The position numbers and the translations under genes were made by a program. Shown piece after piece: positions 9,634 through 19,879 of a DNA stretch of 40,479 bases; position 1 is the stretch's first letter, and every line of letters starts with the position of its first letter. The notes beneath the pieces are model-generated. The model was not told the DNA's origin, made no database searches, and saw only the letters and a list, made by a program, of their open reading frames with translations. The stretch is from Prasinococcaceae sp. CCMP 1430 (lineage: Eukaryota; Plantae; Prasinodermophyta), in the NCBI GenBank assembly GCA_013416795.1, contig RQSC01000033.1, positions 49,309 through 89,787 of the forward strand, read 5' to 3'.

Positions 9634-10413
9634 TCACACGACCATGCTGCGCTGCTTGAGCGGTGGACGCCCGAGGTCGTCCGACTCGAGCGCCGAGGCG
9701 CTGGCGACCGTGTTGGGACGCGACATGGCCTCAGCGGCCGCCTCCGCGACAATGGCGGCGGAGCGTGCGGCCAGCTCCGCCTCCTCGGCGCTGCGCGCCG
9801 CGCGCTGTGCCTCCTCGAAGGCCGCCGCCGCAAGCTCGTGCTTGCGGCCCGCCGCCTCGGTGAGCTGCACCGCGCGGCGCTTCGCCTTGCCGTTCAGCTC
9901 GAAGAGGTCGCCAAGCGGGAAGACTCCCTGCGCGTCGGGGGGTACGGCGCCAACAGCCGCAGCGCCGCGCCCGCGCTTCATCCCGACGGTGGCGGCGGCG
10001 GCATTGCCCGCCACCCCGATGCCGTTGGCCGCGGACGCAGCTGCGGCGGCCGCCGCCTTCGAGCGCGCGTTGGCCGCAGCCACACCGGGAAGCAGACTGT
10101 ACGAGGTGCCCGAACGCGCGATGGCGCCCTCCTCTACCATGCGCTTCAGGTGCTTGGCGAGTTGCGACTTGAAGGTCGAGGGCACCTCGTGCACAAGCAT
10201 GATCTCCTTGCCCATCGCGGCCGCGGTGAGCGGTGTGCCACGCAGGCTGAGCGCGGCGACGATCGCGCGGTCGTACTTGCGCGGAATGGCCGTGCGTACG
10301 ACGGTGGCGGCACCCCCCGCGCGCTCGCCTCCGTTCGCCGCGTCGCCCTTGCTGCCCGCACCACCACGCCCCCGCGCGCGCGCGCGCGCCGCCGTGCCGC
10401 GACCGCGCCCCCG
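9634..10413 (-). CDS. Linker-histone globular (GH1/H15) domain plus C-terminal coiled coil, SMH/TRB-like; 5' part cut by N at 10414
   Basis: [62 protein letters not shown] fits the GH1 winged helix. It is followed by an Ala/Glu heptad region ([36 protein letters not shown]). The frame is open up to the N. Confidence 0.65.
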   Translation of the reverse strand, partial: RGRGRGTAARARARGRGGAGSKGDAANGGERAGGAATVVRTAIPRKYDRAIVAALSLRGTPLTAAAMGKEIMLVHEVPSTFKSQLAKHLKRMVEEGAIARSGTSYSLLPGVAAANARSKAAAAAAASAANGIGVAGNAAAATVGMKRGRGAAAVGAVPPDAQGVFPLGDLFELNGKAKRRAVQLTEAAGRKHELAAAAFEEAQRAARSAEEAELAARSAAIVAEAAAEAMSRPNTVASASALESDDLGRPPLKQRSMVV

Positions 10414-10414
10414 N
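10414..10414. other. Ambiguous base, probable scaffold gap (second N at 11081)
   Basis: The N interrupts an open frame; the second N abuts a 22-C run. Confidence 0.7.
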
Positions 10415-10987
10415 TAGGGTCTTGGTCTTTACCCTAAACACCACACCACACGAACCCAATCCTATCGCGCGGCACCGTGGAGGCTGCAGACCTGCGCTCC
10501 TGCGCGCGCATGCCCGGGGGCCGGGGTCGCGGCACGCGAGCAGGCGACCGCCCGAGCGCGCGCGCGTGGCGCCCTTCGCCTTGGCCGACGGCGGCGGCAC
10601 GGTGATAACCGCCGGCGCGCCCACGAGGCCGCCATCCACCAGGTCGGGCATCTCCAGAACCTGCAGCATGTCCGACGCGTCCGAAAAGCCCAGGACGCCT
10701 TCGAGCCCCATCGGCACGGGACCGAGCGGATCGGCCATGGAGAAGCGCATCTGCCCGAGCAGCGGCGCATCGGCGGTCGCTGCTTGCAGCGCGGCGGCCG
10801 CGGGCGACAGCGACACCGCGGGCGGCATCGCGCCAGGAAGTGGGCCGTCCGCCTGCGCCTGCTTCTTAGCCTGCAGCCGGGCGCTCTCCTCGGCCTCGTG
10901 CGCCGCCTGCTGCCGCGCCGCCGCCTCCTCGATGCGCCTGCTGCTGCTCCTCCGCGCGGCCACCGTGCTCATGCGACCGCCGCCCAT
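10415..10987 (-). CDS. Hypothetical protein or fragment between two N positions
   Basis: ATG at 10987/10972. Coding-like codon usage from RIEEAAARQQAAHEAEE to PPPSAKAKG, then non-coding-like with no stop before the N. May be part of the GH1 gene. Confidence 0.4.
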
Positions 10988-11289
10988 CCGAGGCCGGCGG
11001 CCGGCGCCGGCGCGTGGGTCCGGCGGGGGGAGCGCCGGCGCCCCTCCCGCCCGCTCCTCCCCCCCCCCCCCCCCCCCCCCNTCGACCGTGCGCGCTGCTG
11101 ACGACAATTATGCGCCAATCATGCGCTCTTGAGTACAGTATACTATCAATTTTTCGCACGCAGCCTTGTGGCGGACGCCCAGCGCTGCGTGGGACGCGTG
11201 GGTCGGGCGTGTTGCCCACGCGCACGAGCACGTGCAAGCGCGTGCGCGCGCGCGTGCTGATGCGGCGCGTGTGCGGAAGCGGCGCGCGG

Positions 11290-11600
11290 TTACACGCGCT
11301 GCACGGCCGCGAGCGCGGCGCCGCGCCCGGCCTTGAAGCCGCTGGCGAAGGCGCCGTTCTTGAGCGCCTGCAGCCGCCACTCGGCGCGCGCCGCCAGCTC
11401 GGCCGCGGCGCGCGCGTCCAGCCCCGCCTCGGCCGCCAGCGACTCGACGAACGAGAGCACGTCCGACAAGTCGGCCGCCGTCGAGCGCTCCGCGCCGCCC
11501 TTGGAGGCCTGCGAGTCCTTCTTGCCCTTCTTGGCGCGCGCGCCCGGCGGGGGCGGCTGACGGCGGCTGCCGGCGGCTGCCGGCGATGCAGAGCGGAACC
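11290..11600 (-). CDS. Terminal exon of a small unknown protein (not in the ORF track)
   Basis: Frame ...QPPPPGARAKKGKKDSQASKGGAERSTAADLSDVLSFVESLAAEAGLDARAAAELAARAEWRLQALKNGAFASGFKAG...VQRV* has near-total GC3. Start or upstream exon not identified. Confidence 0.45.
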
Positions 11601-12593
11601 CATCAACCTACCCCATTTGTGGAATCCACTCGAGACGAAGTACAATTCAATATCACATCACAAAGTGGAATCCACGGAGGTCAGAGCGCGAGTCAGGGGC
11701 GCATCCAATATCTCGCACCCGCCGCCGCGCCCGCGCGCAGCGCGCGCGCGCGCGGCGCCGGCCCGCGCCTGCGTTCTCATGCGTTTCGCGGAGGGGCGTT
11801 TCGGCGGCGCGCGAACGCGCTCAATTGCGACGTCGAATGAACTGAACGACGGAAATGACGCGCGCGCGGCCGCGCGCGCCGGAAGATGCGCGGGGGGGCG
11901 GGTGTTGGTCGGTTGGTTGGCGCTGCCCGACCGGGCGCCGATGCGCAGTTTTTTATTCTTTTTTATTCTTTTTTTCCTTCCCGGCGGTTGCGAATGGGAC
12001 GCGCTCCTCCGTCCTTTTCGCCCCGCCGTCGGCCGGGCGCGCGCGCGCTCGCGCCGCGGGCGTTTTTTTTTTTTTTTTTTTTTTCGGCGTTCGCGTTCGC
12101 GTTCGCCTCGCGCCTGCCGCGGTTGGCTGGTCGGTCGGGCCGCGGCCGGTTCGTTTGCGGGGGTGCGGGAGCCGTAGCGGTCGCGGTCGTCGCTCGCCAG
12201 GAGCGCGCGAAGACCCAATGCGTTTTTGTTCGTGCGCGCGCGTGTTTTTTTTAAATGGCTCTGGCACATGCGTCTATTCGCCTGTCTGTGCGCGTCTGAT
12301 CGCCTGCGATCAGATCAGATCAGTCCGTGGCACCCCTCACGCATCACCAGTCATTCAGCGCTGCTCGGATCATTTCCATTTTCCCTGTGCCGAGTTTTTT
12401 TTTTTCCATCTCCCTCCGTCCGTCGATCGACAAAAAAAAACGAGTTTTCGCTTCGATCGGTCGGTCGGGCACGCGCGCGGGCACAACGAAAATCAAAATC
12501 AAAATCAAAAGAGGAACAAAAAAAAAGCCGCATGGCGGTTGATGGGGCGCAAAGGCGTCGTCGGATGGATGCGGGCGGCGGTGATGGTTGTGA

Positions 12594-13181
12594 ATGGGCG
12601 CCTCTGCTCTGCCTCCCGCCTCTGCGGCGCGCCACAGCGCGCGCGCGCGCGCGGGGCGTGTGGGGCGTGTGGGGCGGGCGGAGGGCGGCGGCGAGGGCGG
12701 ACCGGGCGGCAGCGCCGGGGGGGGAGACGATGACGTGGCCGCGGGCCGCGACGCCGTCGACGACGCCTTCGCTGCGGAGCTGCGCAGGCGCGGCGTCGCG
12801 TCGAGCGACCCGAGCGCGCGGCGCGACTTCATCGAGCGCCCCACGGAGGAGGACCCCGCCGAGTACGACGAGCGGGTGAACGGCCAGCTGGAGCGCACGC
12901 GCGCGATGCAGTCGGAGGGGCTCGAGGGCCTTCCGGGGCGCGCCAAGGAGCTGCTCACGCTGGGCCTGTTCTCGTCGCTCAACCCGCAGCTCTTGCTCCT
13001 CGGCGCCATCCTCACCGCCGCGACCATCGCCCTGCAGCTCGGGCTGGGCCCGGAGTTCATCCACGGCGGAGACCCGGAGATTTACGACATCCCGGACGCG
13101 GAGGAGACGCTCAACAAGTACACCAACCCGTACACCCTCCTCAACGAGCCCACGGTCGACCCAATGGTCCCTCTGTCGTGA
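12594..13181 (+). CDS. Green-lineage plastid membrane protein of unknown function
   Basis: Ala/Arg/Ser-rich transit-like N-terminus, motif GQLERTRAMQSEGLEGLPGRAKELLTLG, then a hydrophobic helix. TGTAA at 13232. Confidence 0.7.
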   Translation: MGASALPPASAARHSARARAGRVGRVGRAEGGGEGGPGGSAGGGDDDVAAGRDAVDDAFAAELRRRGVASSDPSARRDFIERPTEEDPAEYDERVNGQLERTRAMQSEGLEGLPGRAKELLTLGLFSSLNPQLLLLGAILTAATIALQLGLGPEFIHGGDPEIYDIPDAEETLNKYTNPYTLLNEPTVDPMVPLS

Positions 13182-13388
13182 GCCTCCGGGCGCGCGAGCG
13201 AGTTGGCAGGTAGACCCTCCAACGGTGTGTTTGTAAGATTGCCTGTGTCATACCGCGAGCCGCGGGCGCGCCGCGGGCGCCCCACTCTGTCTGGCACGCC
13301 CGGGCGCGGGGCGCGGAGTCCAAAATTGTTTCGTAACGAGGGGAGGCTGCCTCGCAAGGTGGCGCGCACGGCGCGCGCGCCGCCTGCC

Positions 13389-15767
13389 TCACTTGGCGCC
13401 GCCCGTGTGCGCCGTGGCGACGGCCTCGCGCACGCTCGGATGGTCCTTGAGCATGCGCTCGGCCTCCTTCGGCGTGCCCACCACGCCGATGGCCAGCAGC
13501 GCGGCCGTGGGCACAACGCGCTCTTTCTTGACGGCGACAGAGATGTGCTCCTCGGCGGGCCGCGCCAGCAGCTCGGCGTCCGCGTGCCCCTCAAGCCCGT
13601 GAATGGCGCGCAACACTGCGTCCATGGCGAGATCCGTGTCGCACGCTGCGAGTTCCGACACGATGGCCGCCGCGCGGTGCAGCAGCTTGTCGTTGGACAC
13701 GCGGACGTCGATCATGCGATTGCCGTACACCTTGCCTATCAGCACGTGGGCGCCCGTGCTCACGACGTTGAGCGCCATCTTGAGCGCAACCTCCGCGAGC
13801 GAATCCACGCCCGGCAGCAGCGGCGCGGCAGCTGTGGAAGGCAGCGTGAGCGGGAGCACCAACTCGGCGGCCGCGCAAACGCCGGCAAGCGCCTCTGCCA
13901 CGAGCGGTGGCGTGACGACTTCGTCGTCGTCGTGCTGCGGGTCGCTAGCGCTGTCCGATGCCACGCACAGCATGCGGTCGTGCTGCGCCACCTCGGGCGT
14001 CACGACCGCCATTTTGAACTTTTGCTTTGCCTTGGCAGCCAACACCGCCTGCGAGCGAGCGCACGCGCAGGGCATTCAATGGCACGCGCGTCAGACACTG
14101 GAGCAAGAGATGAGCGAGATCGCTCACCCGCGCGCTCGCGCGTCACGAACCTTGAGCACGCCGGGTGCCACGTCGTCACTCGCAGGTAGGCGGCCGTTGC
14201 CGCCGCCAAGCACGACCAGGAGGTCGTCCTTGCCAAGCTTGGCAAGCCCGCTTGCGGCGACGACGAACGCCTCTGCCGCTACAACTGGCAGCGGCGACAG
14301 GGAGGCGGTGCGCGCGACCTCCAGACGGGGCTGCGCTCCTGGCTCCGCATCATCGTCCGTCGCCGCCCGACCGCCCACTTTCCCTGCGTCCCCCGCTGCC
14401 TCAGCCGCAGCGCTCGCGCTGGCGCCGTCGCCGCCGCCGAGCGATGCGCGGCGCTGCGGCATGCAACCGTCGATATCGCCCGCGACGCGTTCGCTGCCGT
14501 CCTCACTGCTGCGACCATCGTCTGCGCTGGCGCGCCCGCCCGCGCGCGCTGGCCGCCTGTGCGTGGCCGGGTGCCTGCGGATGGCGTCCCAGCCTCCGTC
14601 GAAGCTCGCGCGGAAGTCGCGCTCGTCCGCGCCGAAGGTGGGCACCTGCTCTGAAGCGTCGACCATTCCCACGAGCCCTGCACCGCCACCACCGAGGTAT
14701 ACCACGCTTCCACCGCCCGCACGTGCGGCGCCTGCGAGCGATACCAATTCTCCTAGCCGGTCTACATGCGAATACGCGGCAGCGGCGGCCCCATCGAAGG
14801 CAGCGAGGCACGCGCGCACGCCGCGCTCACAGGTGGCGAGCGCGGGCGTGGCATGCGCGCCAGCACCATCGCCACCTTCGCGTTCGCCGGGCGCGGAGCC
14901 CACCGGCGGCGAACCACAAAGCGGCGAGAACGCGGCCGCGCTGACTGCCGTGCCGAAGATGGCGTCAAGCAATATCTTCGTCGCCGTGCCGCCCTTGAGG
15001 CGCGTGGATCCCTGCACGGCTTCAGGGCCGACGACCGGCGTGAGCACGTGCGCGGGGGCCACCCTGCTACCCGCGGTCTCTGAGGCGCGCGCCTGCATCT
15101 CGAGGGCCAGGTCGTGGAAGCTGCGCCCCCACGTGGCAAGGCGCGCGCGTCGGGCGCGCTCGACCGGGTTGAAGCCGACGAGCACAGCCGCGTAGTTCGG
15201 CGCACGCAGCGCGTACTCGAGCTGCGCCCCCACGTATGTGGCTGACAGGCCACAGGTTATACCCACGTACAGCACGCGCCCGCCGCGCGTGCGCGCGAAC
15301 ACCGCCTTCTCGAGCGCCTGCAGGTCGGCGCGCGCGAGGGTGGCGTCGTCCTCGGCGAGCTCGCGCGCGCTGAAGAGCGCCTGCTCGCCGCCGGCGATCA
15401 GATAGTGGAAGCACGGAGCGAGGCGCGCACGCTCGAGCGCGCGATTGTAGGCGCGCGCGAGCGTCATTGCCAGCCGCCCAGACGTGCCAGCGCCTGCCAG
15501 CACCACGGCCGACTCCCGCCCCGAGCGCACCGCCTCAGCGGCGAGCTGCGCGACGCGCGCGGCCGCGGGCGCGCAGTCGGTGAGCGACGCGTGCTCGGCG
15601 TGGCCGCGGAAGAGCGCCGCGTCGTTTGCACGCATGCAGCGCACGATGCCCGCTGCGCCCACCGAGTCCAGGTTTGACGTCAGCGGGCTCGGCAGCTCCG
15701 TGAACGGACGCAGCACGTCCGCCGCGGCAGCCGCTGCCGCCGTCGCCGCGGCCTTCTCCACCGCCAT
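13389..15767 (-). CDS. GCKR: Glucokinase regulatory protein-like / MurQ-related tandem SIS-domain protein (758 aa, 2 exons)
   Basis: Exons 15767-14151 and 14048-13389. Motifs colinear with recalled vertebrate GKRP: TELPSPLTSNLD, LAGAGTSGRLA, YLIAGG, AEDD, GITCGLSATYV, LVGFNPV, GPEAVQGSTRLKGGTATKILL, DASEQVPTFGADERD, KMALNVVSTGAHVLIGKVYGNRMIDVRVSNDKL, PSVREAV. Confidence 0.88.
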
Positions 15768-16210
15768 GACCGCGCGCGAGCGCGCGGGCGGCCGCCCGCG
15801 CGCTGTGGCACGCGGCACGCGCGTCGCCGCGCGTCGCCGCGCGAGGCTCGGGTCCGCGCCTGGGCCAAAAAGATCTCGCGCCGCGCCGCGCCGCGCGAGC
15901 GAGCGCGCCGTACATTCAGTCGGAGCAAACACAAGCGAGAGGGGCCAAATATCCGACTGAGTCATTCGAGGTCCGCCCGGTGCCTGTCGCCGCGGAGAGC
16001 GAAAGCGCTCGTCAAAGCCAAAGCGCTTTTGATCGACGGTCACTCGGACAGGGTCCTCTCTCCGTCGGTTGCAGGAGAGGAGACTTGTTTCGTTCCTTCT
16101 CCCGCCATCCCATCCAACCTGCGGGCGGGGCGGGTGGAGCTCGGTCGGGCCCGGCCCGCGGGCGCCGCACGCGCTGGCCCGCCCCAACCGGTTGCAACCC
16201 CAACCCACCC

Positions 16211-16249
16211 AAACCCTAACCTAAACCCCAAACACGCTGTAACCCTAAC
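16211..16249. promoter_or_regulatory. Telo-box-like cluster (AAACCCTAA / AACCCTAA) in the divergent GCKR/SET promoter
   Basis: aaaccctaacctaaaccccaaa...taaccctaa. Related motifs at 3077, 5681, 10431, 34812 and 38106, all intergenic. Confidence 0.55.
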
Positions 16250-16459
16250 GGCGCCCCACGGCCGCGGCCACACCCAGCCACCAGCACGCCGCGGTTTTTT
16301 TTTTGCTTATTTATTTATTTATTTATTTTTACGCCGTGGGTCGCGCCCATCGTGTTGTGTGGGCCGGGCGAGCGCTGTCGGCCGCCGCCGCCGCAGGAAA
16401 GATGAAGATTCTCGGGCGGCGGCGGCGGCGGACGGCCACGTGCGGCTGCTCCATCGTTC

Positions 16460-17656
16460 ATGGAGGCGCCGCTCGCGCTCGCGACGCTGCTCGGTGGCTA
16501 CCCGGTTAAAAGCGTGGACGTCGCGGGCGCTGGCCGCTCGCTCGTGGCGGGGCGCGATCTGAGGCGGGGAGAAGTCGTTCTGGTGTCCCGCGCGGCGGGC
16601 GTGTCGCTGCGGGGCCCGAGGCGGGCGCATTGGTGCGCGCACTGCCTCGGCTGCTGCGGCAGCGAGAAGCTCCGGCTCGCGTGCGGCGGCTGTGGCGCTC
16701 GCTTTTGCAGCGCGGCCTGCGCGAGGGCAGCTGGAGTGCGCGGGGGGTCACACTGGCGAGGCGCTTGCGAGGCCAGGCAAGCAGCAGCCGCCGCCGCACC
16801 GCCGGGCGCGGGTGACACGCTCGCGGCGTTGCTCGTCGACCTGCTCGCGCGTCGCATGCGCGAGCTCGAGCCGGACGAGGTCGAAGACAGCGACGCGAGC
16901 GACAGCAGCAGCTCGGAGGGCGAGTCCGAGGGTGCGGGGGCAACTGGCGCGGATGGATGCGACAGCCAGGGTTTCGACGCACTCGCGCTGGCTGCGCCGC
17001 TCCCGAGCTCTCGCCACGTCGCCGACCTCGTCGTCCCCCCCACCGCCGACGCGGCCGATTTTGGCCAGGCAGAGCGCTTCGAAGTGGCGACGCATGTGGC
17101 GGCAACTACCGTGTGCGCACTACGCGACGCGGGAGGAGGTGCGGCTGCACTGCTGTCCGGCGGCGTCGACGCCCCCTCCGCGGCAGTACTGCTGCGTGGC
17201 GAGCTCTGCAACGCCTTCGGGCTGTGGGAACCGCGCCTGCCGTCCGAGTTCGAGGCCGACACCGCGGGGAAGGGGGTCTTCCCAGCGGCTGCGCTGCTCA
17301 ATCACAGCTGCGAGCCCAACACCTACCACGACGTGGTGCGCGCGCCCTTCGGCGGCGCCCTCGTCGTGCGCGCACTAGTCGATGTCGGGGCCGGGGAGCC
17401 GCTCACGCACGCCTACGGAGCGCTTCGCAGCGCGCGTGCGTCGGCCAGGCGACGCGCGCTCCGGCCGTGGTGCTTTTCCTGCAGCTGCGCGCGGTGCGAG
17501 CGCGATGACCCACGCGCGGACGCGCCCATGCTGGCCGCGCGCGTGTGCGTGTGCGGCAACGCGTGCCCGCAGCAGGCCAGCGCGGCGACGGACAAAGATG
17601 GCGGTGGCAATGGGGTGTGCGCGTGCGATCTCACCAACGCGTTGCCCATGGAGTAG
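16460..17656 (+). CDS. SET and MYND domain (SMYD-like) lysine methyltransferase
   Basis: Split SET (GRSLVAGRDLRRGEVV; GVFPAAALLNHSCEPN; GEPLTHAY), MYND zinc finger (CAHC...CGGC...FCSAAC...HWRGAC), post-SET FSCSCARC. Confidence 0.9.
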   Translation: MEAPLALATLLGGYPVKSVDVAGAGRSLVAGRDLRRGEVVLVSRAAGVSLRGPRRAHWCAHCLGCCGSEKLRLACGGCGARFCSAACARAAGVRGGSHWRGACEARQAAAAAAPPGAGDTLAALLVDLLARRMRELEPDEVEDSDASDSSSSEGESEGAGATGADGCDSQGFDALALAAPLPSSRHVADLVVPPTADAADFGQAERFEVATHVAATTVCALRDAGGGAAALLSGGVDAPSAAVLLRGELCNAFGLWEPRLPSEFEADTAGKGVFPAAALLNHSCEPNTYHDVVRAPFGGALVVRALVDVGAGEPLTHAYGALRSARASARRRALRPWCFSCSCARCERDDPRADAPMLAARVCVCGNACPQQASAATDKDGGGNGVCACDLTNALPME

Positions 17657-17830
17657 TGGGCGCGCGCGCAGGCGCGCTCACCCTCGCTCGTGCGCCCGTG
17701 CATAGGCTCAACTGTGGCTTGTACAGGTACAGGTTGTACTGTATTGTATGAATTATTTTTGCGATCGCGTGGGTTTCGGTGATAGACGGAGTAGACCGCA
17801 CGTGCAGTGCGCCCCGGCGCCAAGGGCGTC

Positions 17831-19879
17831 TCATTCCTCGACGTCATCGTCACTGTCGAGGAGCAAGTCCGGGTCGTCAGCCAACAACTCCTCGCCAAAC
17901 TCGGCCAGTGAGGCGAGCGCGTCGCGCACGCCGGCCGCGGCGAGGGGTCGGGTCCCTGCGGCGTTGATGCCCTCCACGGCCGATGCACTTTCGTCGGTGT
18001 CCCGACGGATGGCCTTCGGCCGCTCCCCTTGCCGCACGGCCGCGAGCAGTGCAGAGCGCTCTCGCCTCAGAGCGCGGAGCTGGACCTCGCGTGCGGCCAG
18101 GCGTTCCTCGAGCGCACCACAGCGCGCGCGTTCGCGCTCGCTGCGCTGCTCGTGTTCCCGCGCCAGAGCGCGCTCGGCGGCGCGTTGCGCTAGCGCCGCG
18201 CGCGCCGCCTCTCGTGTGGTGGTCGCGTGCTCACGCCTCAGCGCCGCCAGCGCCGTCTCGAGCTCGTCCACTTTTGCAAGCGCCGCATCGCGCTCGCGCT
18301 CGGCCGCTGCGCACCGAAGCTCCGTAGAGGCCACGTCGCGTTCGTAGCGCTTCTCGCACTGCGCAACACGTGCCTGCGCCTCGGCAGCGCGGGCGGTCGC
18401 TTCCGTCGCCTCGGCGCGCGCCGCGTCTGCCGCCGCAGTCGCCTCGGCGCCCTCTGCGGCCGCACGCCCACGCGCGGCCGCGTGCGCCTCAGCCGCGCGC
18501 GCCTCACACTCCGCAGCGGTGGCCTCGGCTTCAGACGCGCGGTGCTCTGCAGCAGCCGCGCGCTCCTCAGCCGCCTGTGCGCGACGGTCAGAGTCCGCGG
18601 CGGCGTCTCGTGCGGCCGCCACCTGCGCCTCGAGCGCAGCGGCACCCGTCGCTGCGAGGCCCTGCGCTCGCACTGGCGCTGCCCCGCCAGCACGCCCCCC
18701 AGCGCCCACGCCGCACGCCTGCAGTTGCTGCTGCGCGCGAGAGAGCTTGGCCGCGAGCGCGGCACGCTCGTTCGAGAGCCGGTCCACTTCAGTGGCCAGC
18801 TCGGTCGCGGGCAGCCGCGCAAGCCTTTGCTGTGTGCCAGTCGACGCGGCACCCGCGCTTGCGCTCGCATTGGTGCTCAGGCTCGTGCTCAGGCGCCCGG
18901 AGCCGCCAAGAGATTGCGACACGGCAAGCCTGTCGCCGGCGAAAGCCAGCCTCGCCTCGAAGCCCGCAAGCCTCTCCGACACTGCGCGTTCGAGCGCGTC
19001 GGCAGACGCCAGCACGCTGCCGCCGTCGCGTTCGAAGGCGTCACGAGCCTCCGCGAGCGCGCTCGTGGCGTTCGTGGCGGCGCGCATGGCCTCCTCGGCA
19101 TCGCGAGTGCAGCGCGCCGACTCGGCGTCCGCGGCACGCGCGCGCGCGTCAGCCGCGTCCGCGCGGGCGCCCTCAGCCTCGAGCCGCGCGCCGAGAATTG
19201 TCTTCGAGCGCTCGGCTTCTGCACGCGCGGCCGCTGCCGCGGCCTCGGCATCCGCAAGCCGGTCCGCGTCGACCTCGGAGGCCACGATGAGCTTCAGGCA
19301 CTCCTGACGCCACCGCGCGAGCAAGGTCTCCTGACCAGGCACCGCGCCGTCCCCGCTGTCGCCGCCGTCGCTGCCGGTTCCACTGCCGCTACCGCTGACG
19401 CCGCGAGCTTGCTCCTCGTAGATGCCTACAACGCGCCGAAGGGCGCTCAGCTCGCGTTTCAGCGCCGGCTGCTCGTCGTCGGGAGGCGAGGACTGCGGTA
19501 GCTCACCGGCGGCCGCCGCGCCTTGCGCGGAGACGACACTCTCGCGCGGGGCATCTGCGGTAGCCACGGCGGTGTTGCGATCGACGGGCGCGCCATCAAG
19601 TACCACGAGGTGGGGCGCGTAGCGCAGCACGTGCGCCTCGTACTCAGCGCGGCTGTGCGCGTGCCGGCGCGCGACTGCCGTTCCGCCGAGGGCAAGGCGT
19701 CGCAGTGCGGGCAGCGCGGCGAGCTCGTCGAGCGCGCCCTCGTCGTCGAGCGGATTGTCGTCCGCCAGCAGTTCCTCGAGAGCCGAGAGCGCACCAATCC
19801 CCGCCAGCGAGCGCAGCGCATTGGCGCGCACGTCGAGCGCGCGCAGGGCGCCCGCGCCAGGCTCGGGCCGCGGGGCCAT
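17831..19879 (-). CDS. N-terminal LRR/LRRcap plus long coiled-coil protein, CCHCR1-like
   Basis: LRRs LRALDVRANALRSLAGIGALSALEELLADDNPL and LRRcap YEAHVLRYAPHLVVLDG. CCHCR1-like segments LLARWRQECLKLIV, RLAFAGDRL and RREH...LRRERSALLAAVRQ. Confidence 0.75.
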   Translation of the reverse strand: MAPRPEPGAGALRALDVRANALRSLAGIGALSALEELLADDNPLDDEGALDELAALPALRRLALGGTAVARRHAHSRAEYEAHVLRYAPHLVVLDGAPVDRNTAVATADAPRESVVSAQGAAAAGELPQSSPPDDEQPALKRELSALRRVVGIYEEQARGVSGSGSGTGSDGGDSGDGAVPGQETLLARWRQECLKLIVASEVDADRLADAEAAAAAARAEAERSKTILGARLEAEGARADAADARARAADAESARCTRDAEEAMRAATNATSALAEARDAFERDGGSVLASADALERAVSERLAGFEARLAFAGDRLAVSQSLGGSGRLSTSLSTNASASAGAASTGTQQRLARLPATELATEVDRLSNERAALAAKLSRAQQQLQACGVGAGGRAGGAAPVRAQGLAATGAAALEAQVAAARDAAADSDRRAQAAEERAAAAEHRASEAEATAAECEARAAEAHAAARGRAAAEGAEATAAADAARAEATEATARAAEAQARVAQCEKRYERDVASTELRCAAAERERDAALAKVDELETALAALRREHATTTREAARAALAQRAAERALAREHEQRSERERARCGALEERLAAREVQLRALRRERSALLAAVRQGERPKAIRRDTDESASAVEGINAAGTRPLAAAGVRDALASLAEFGEELLADDPDLLLDSDDDVEE

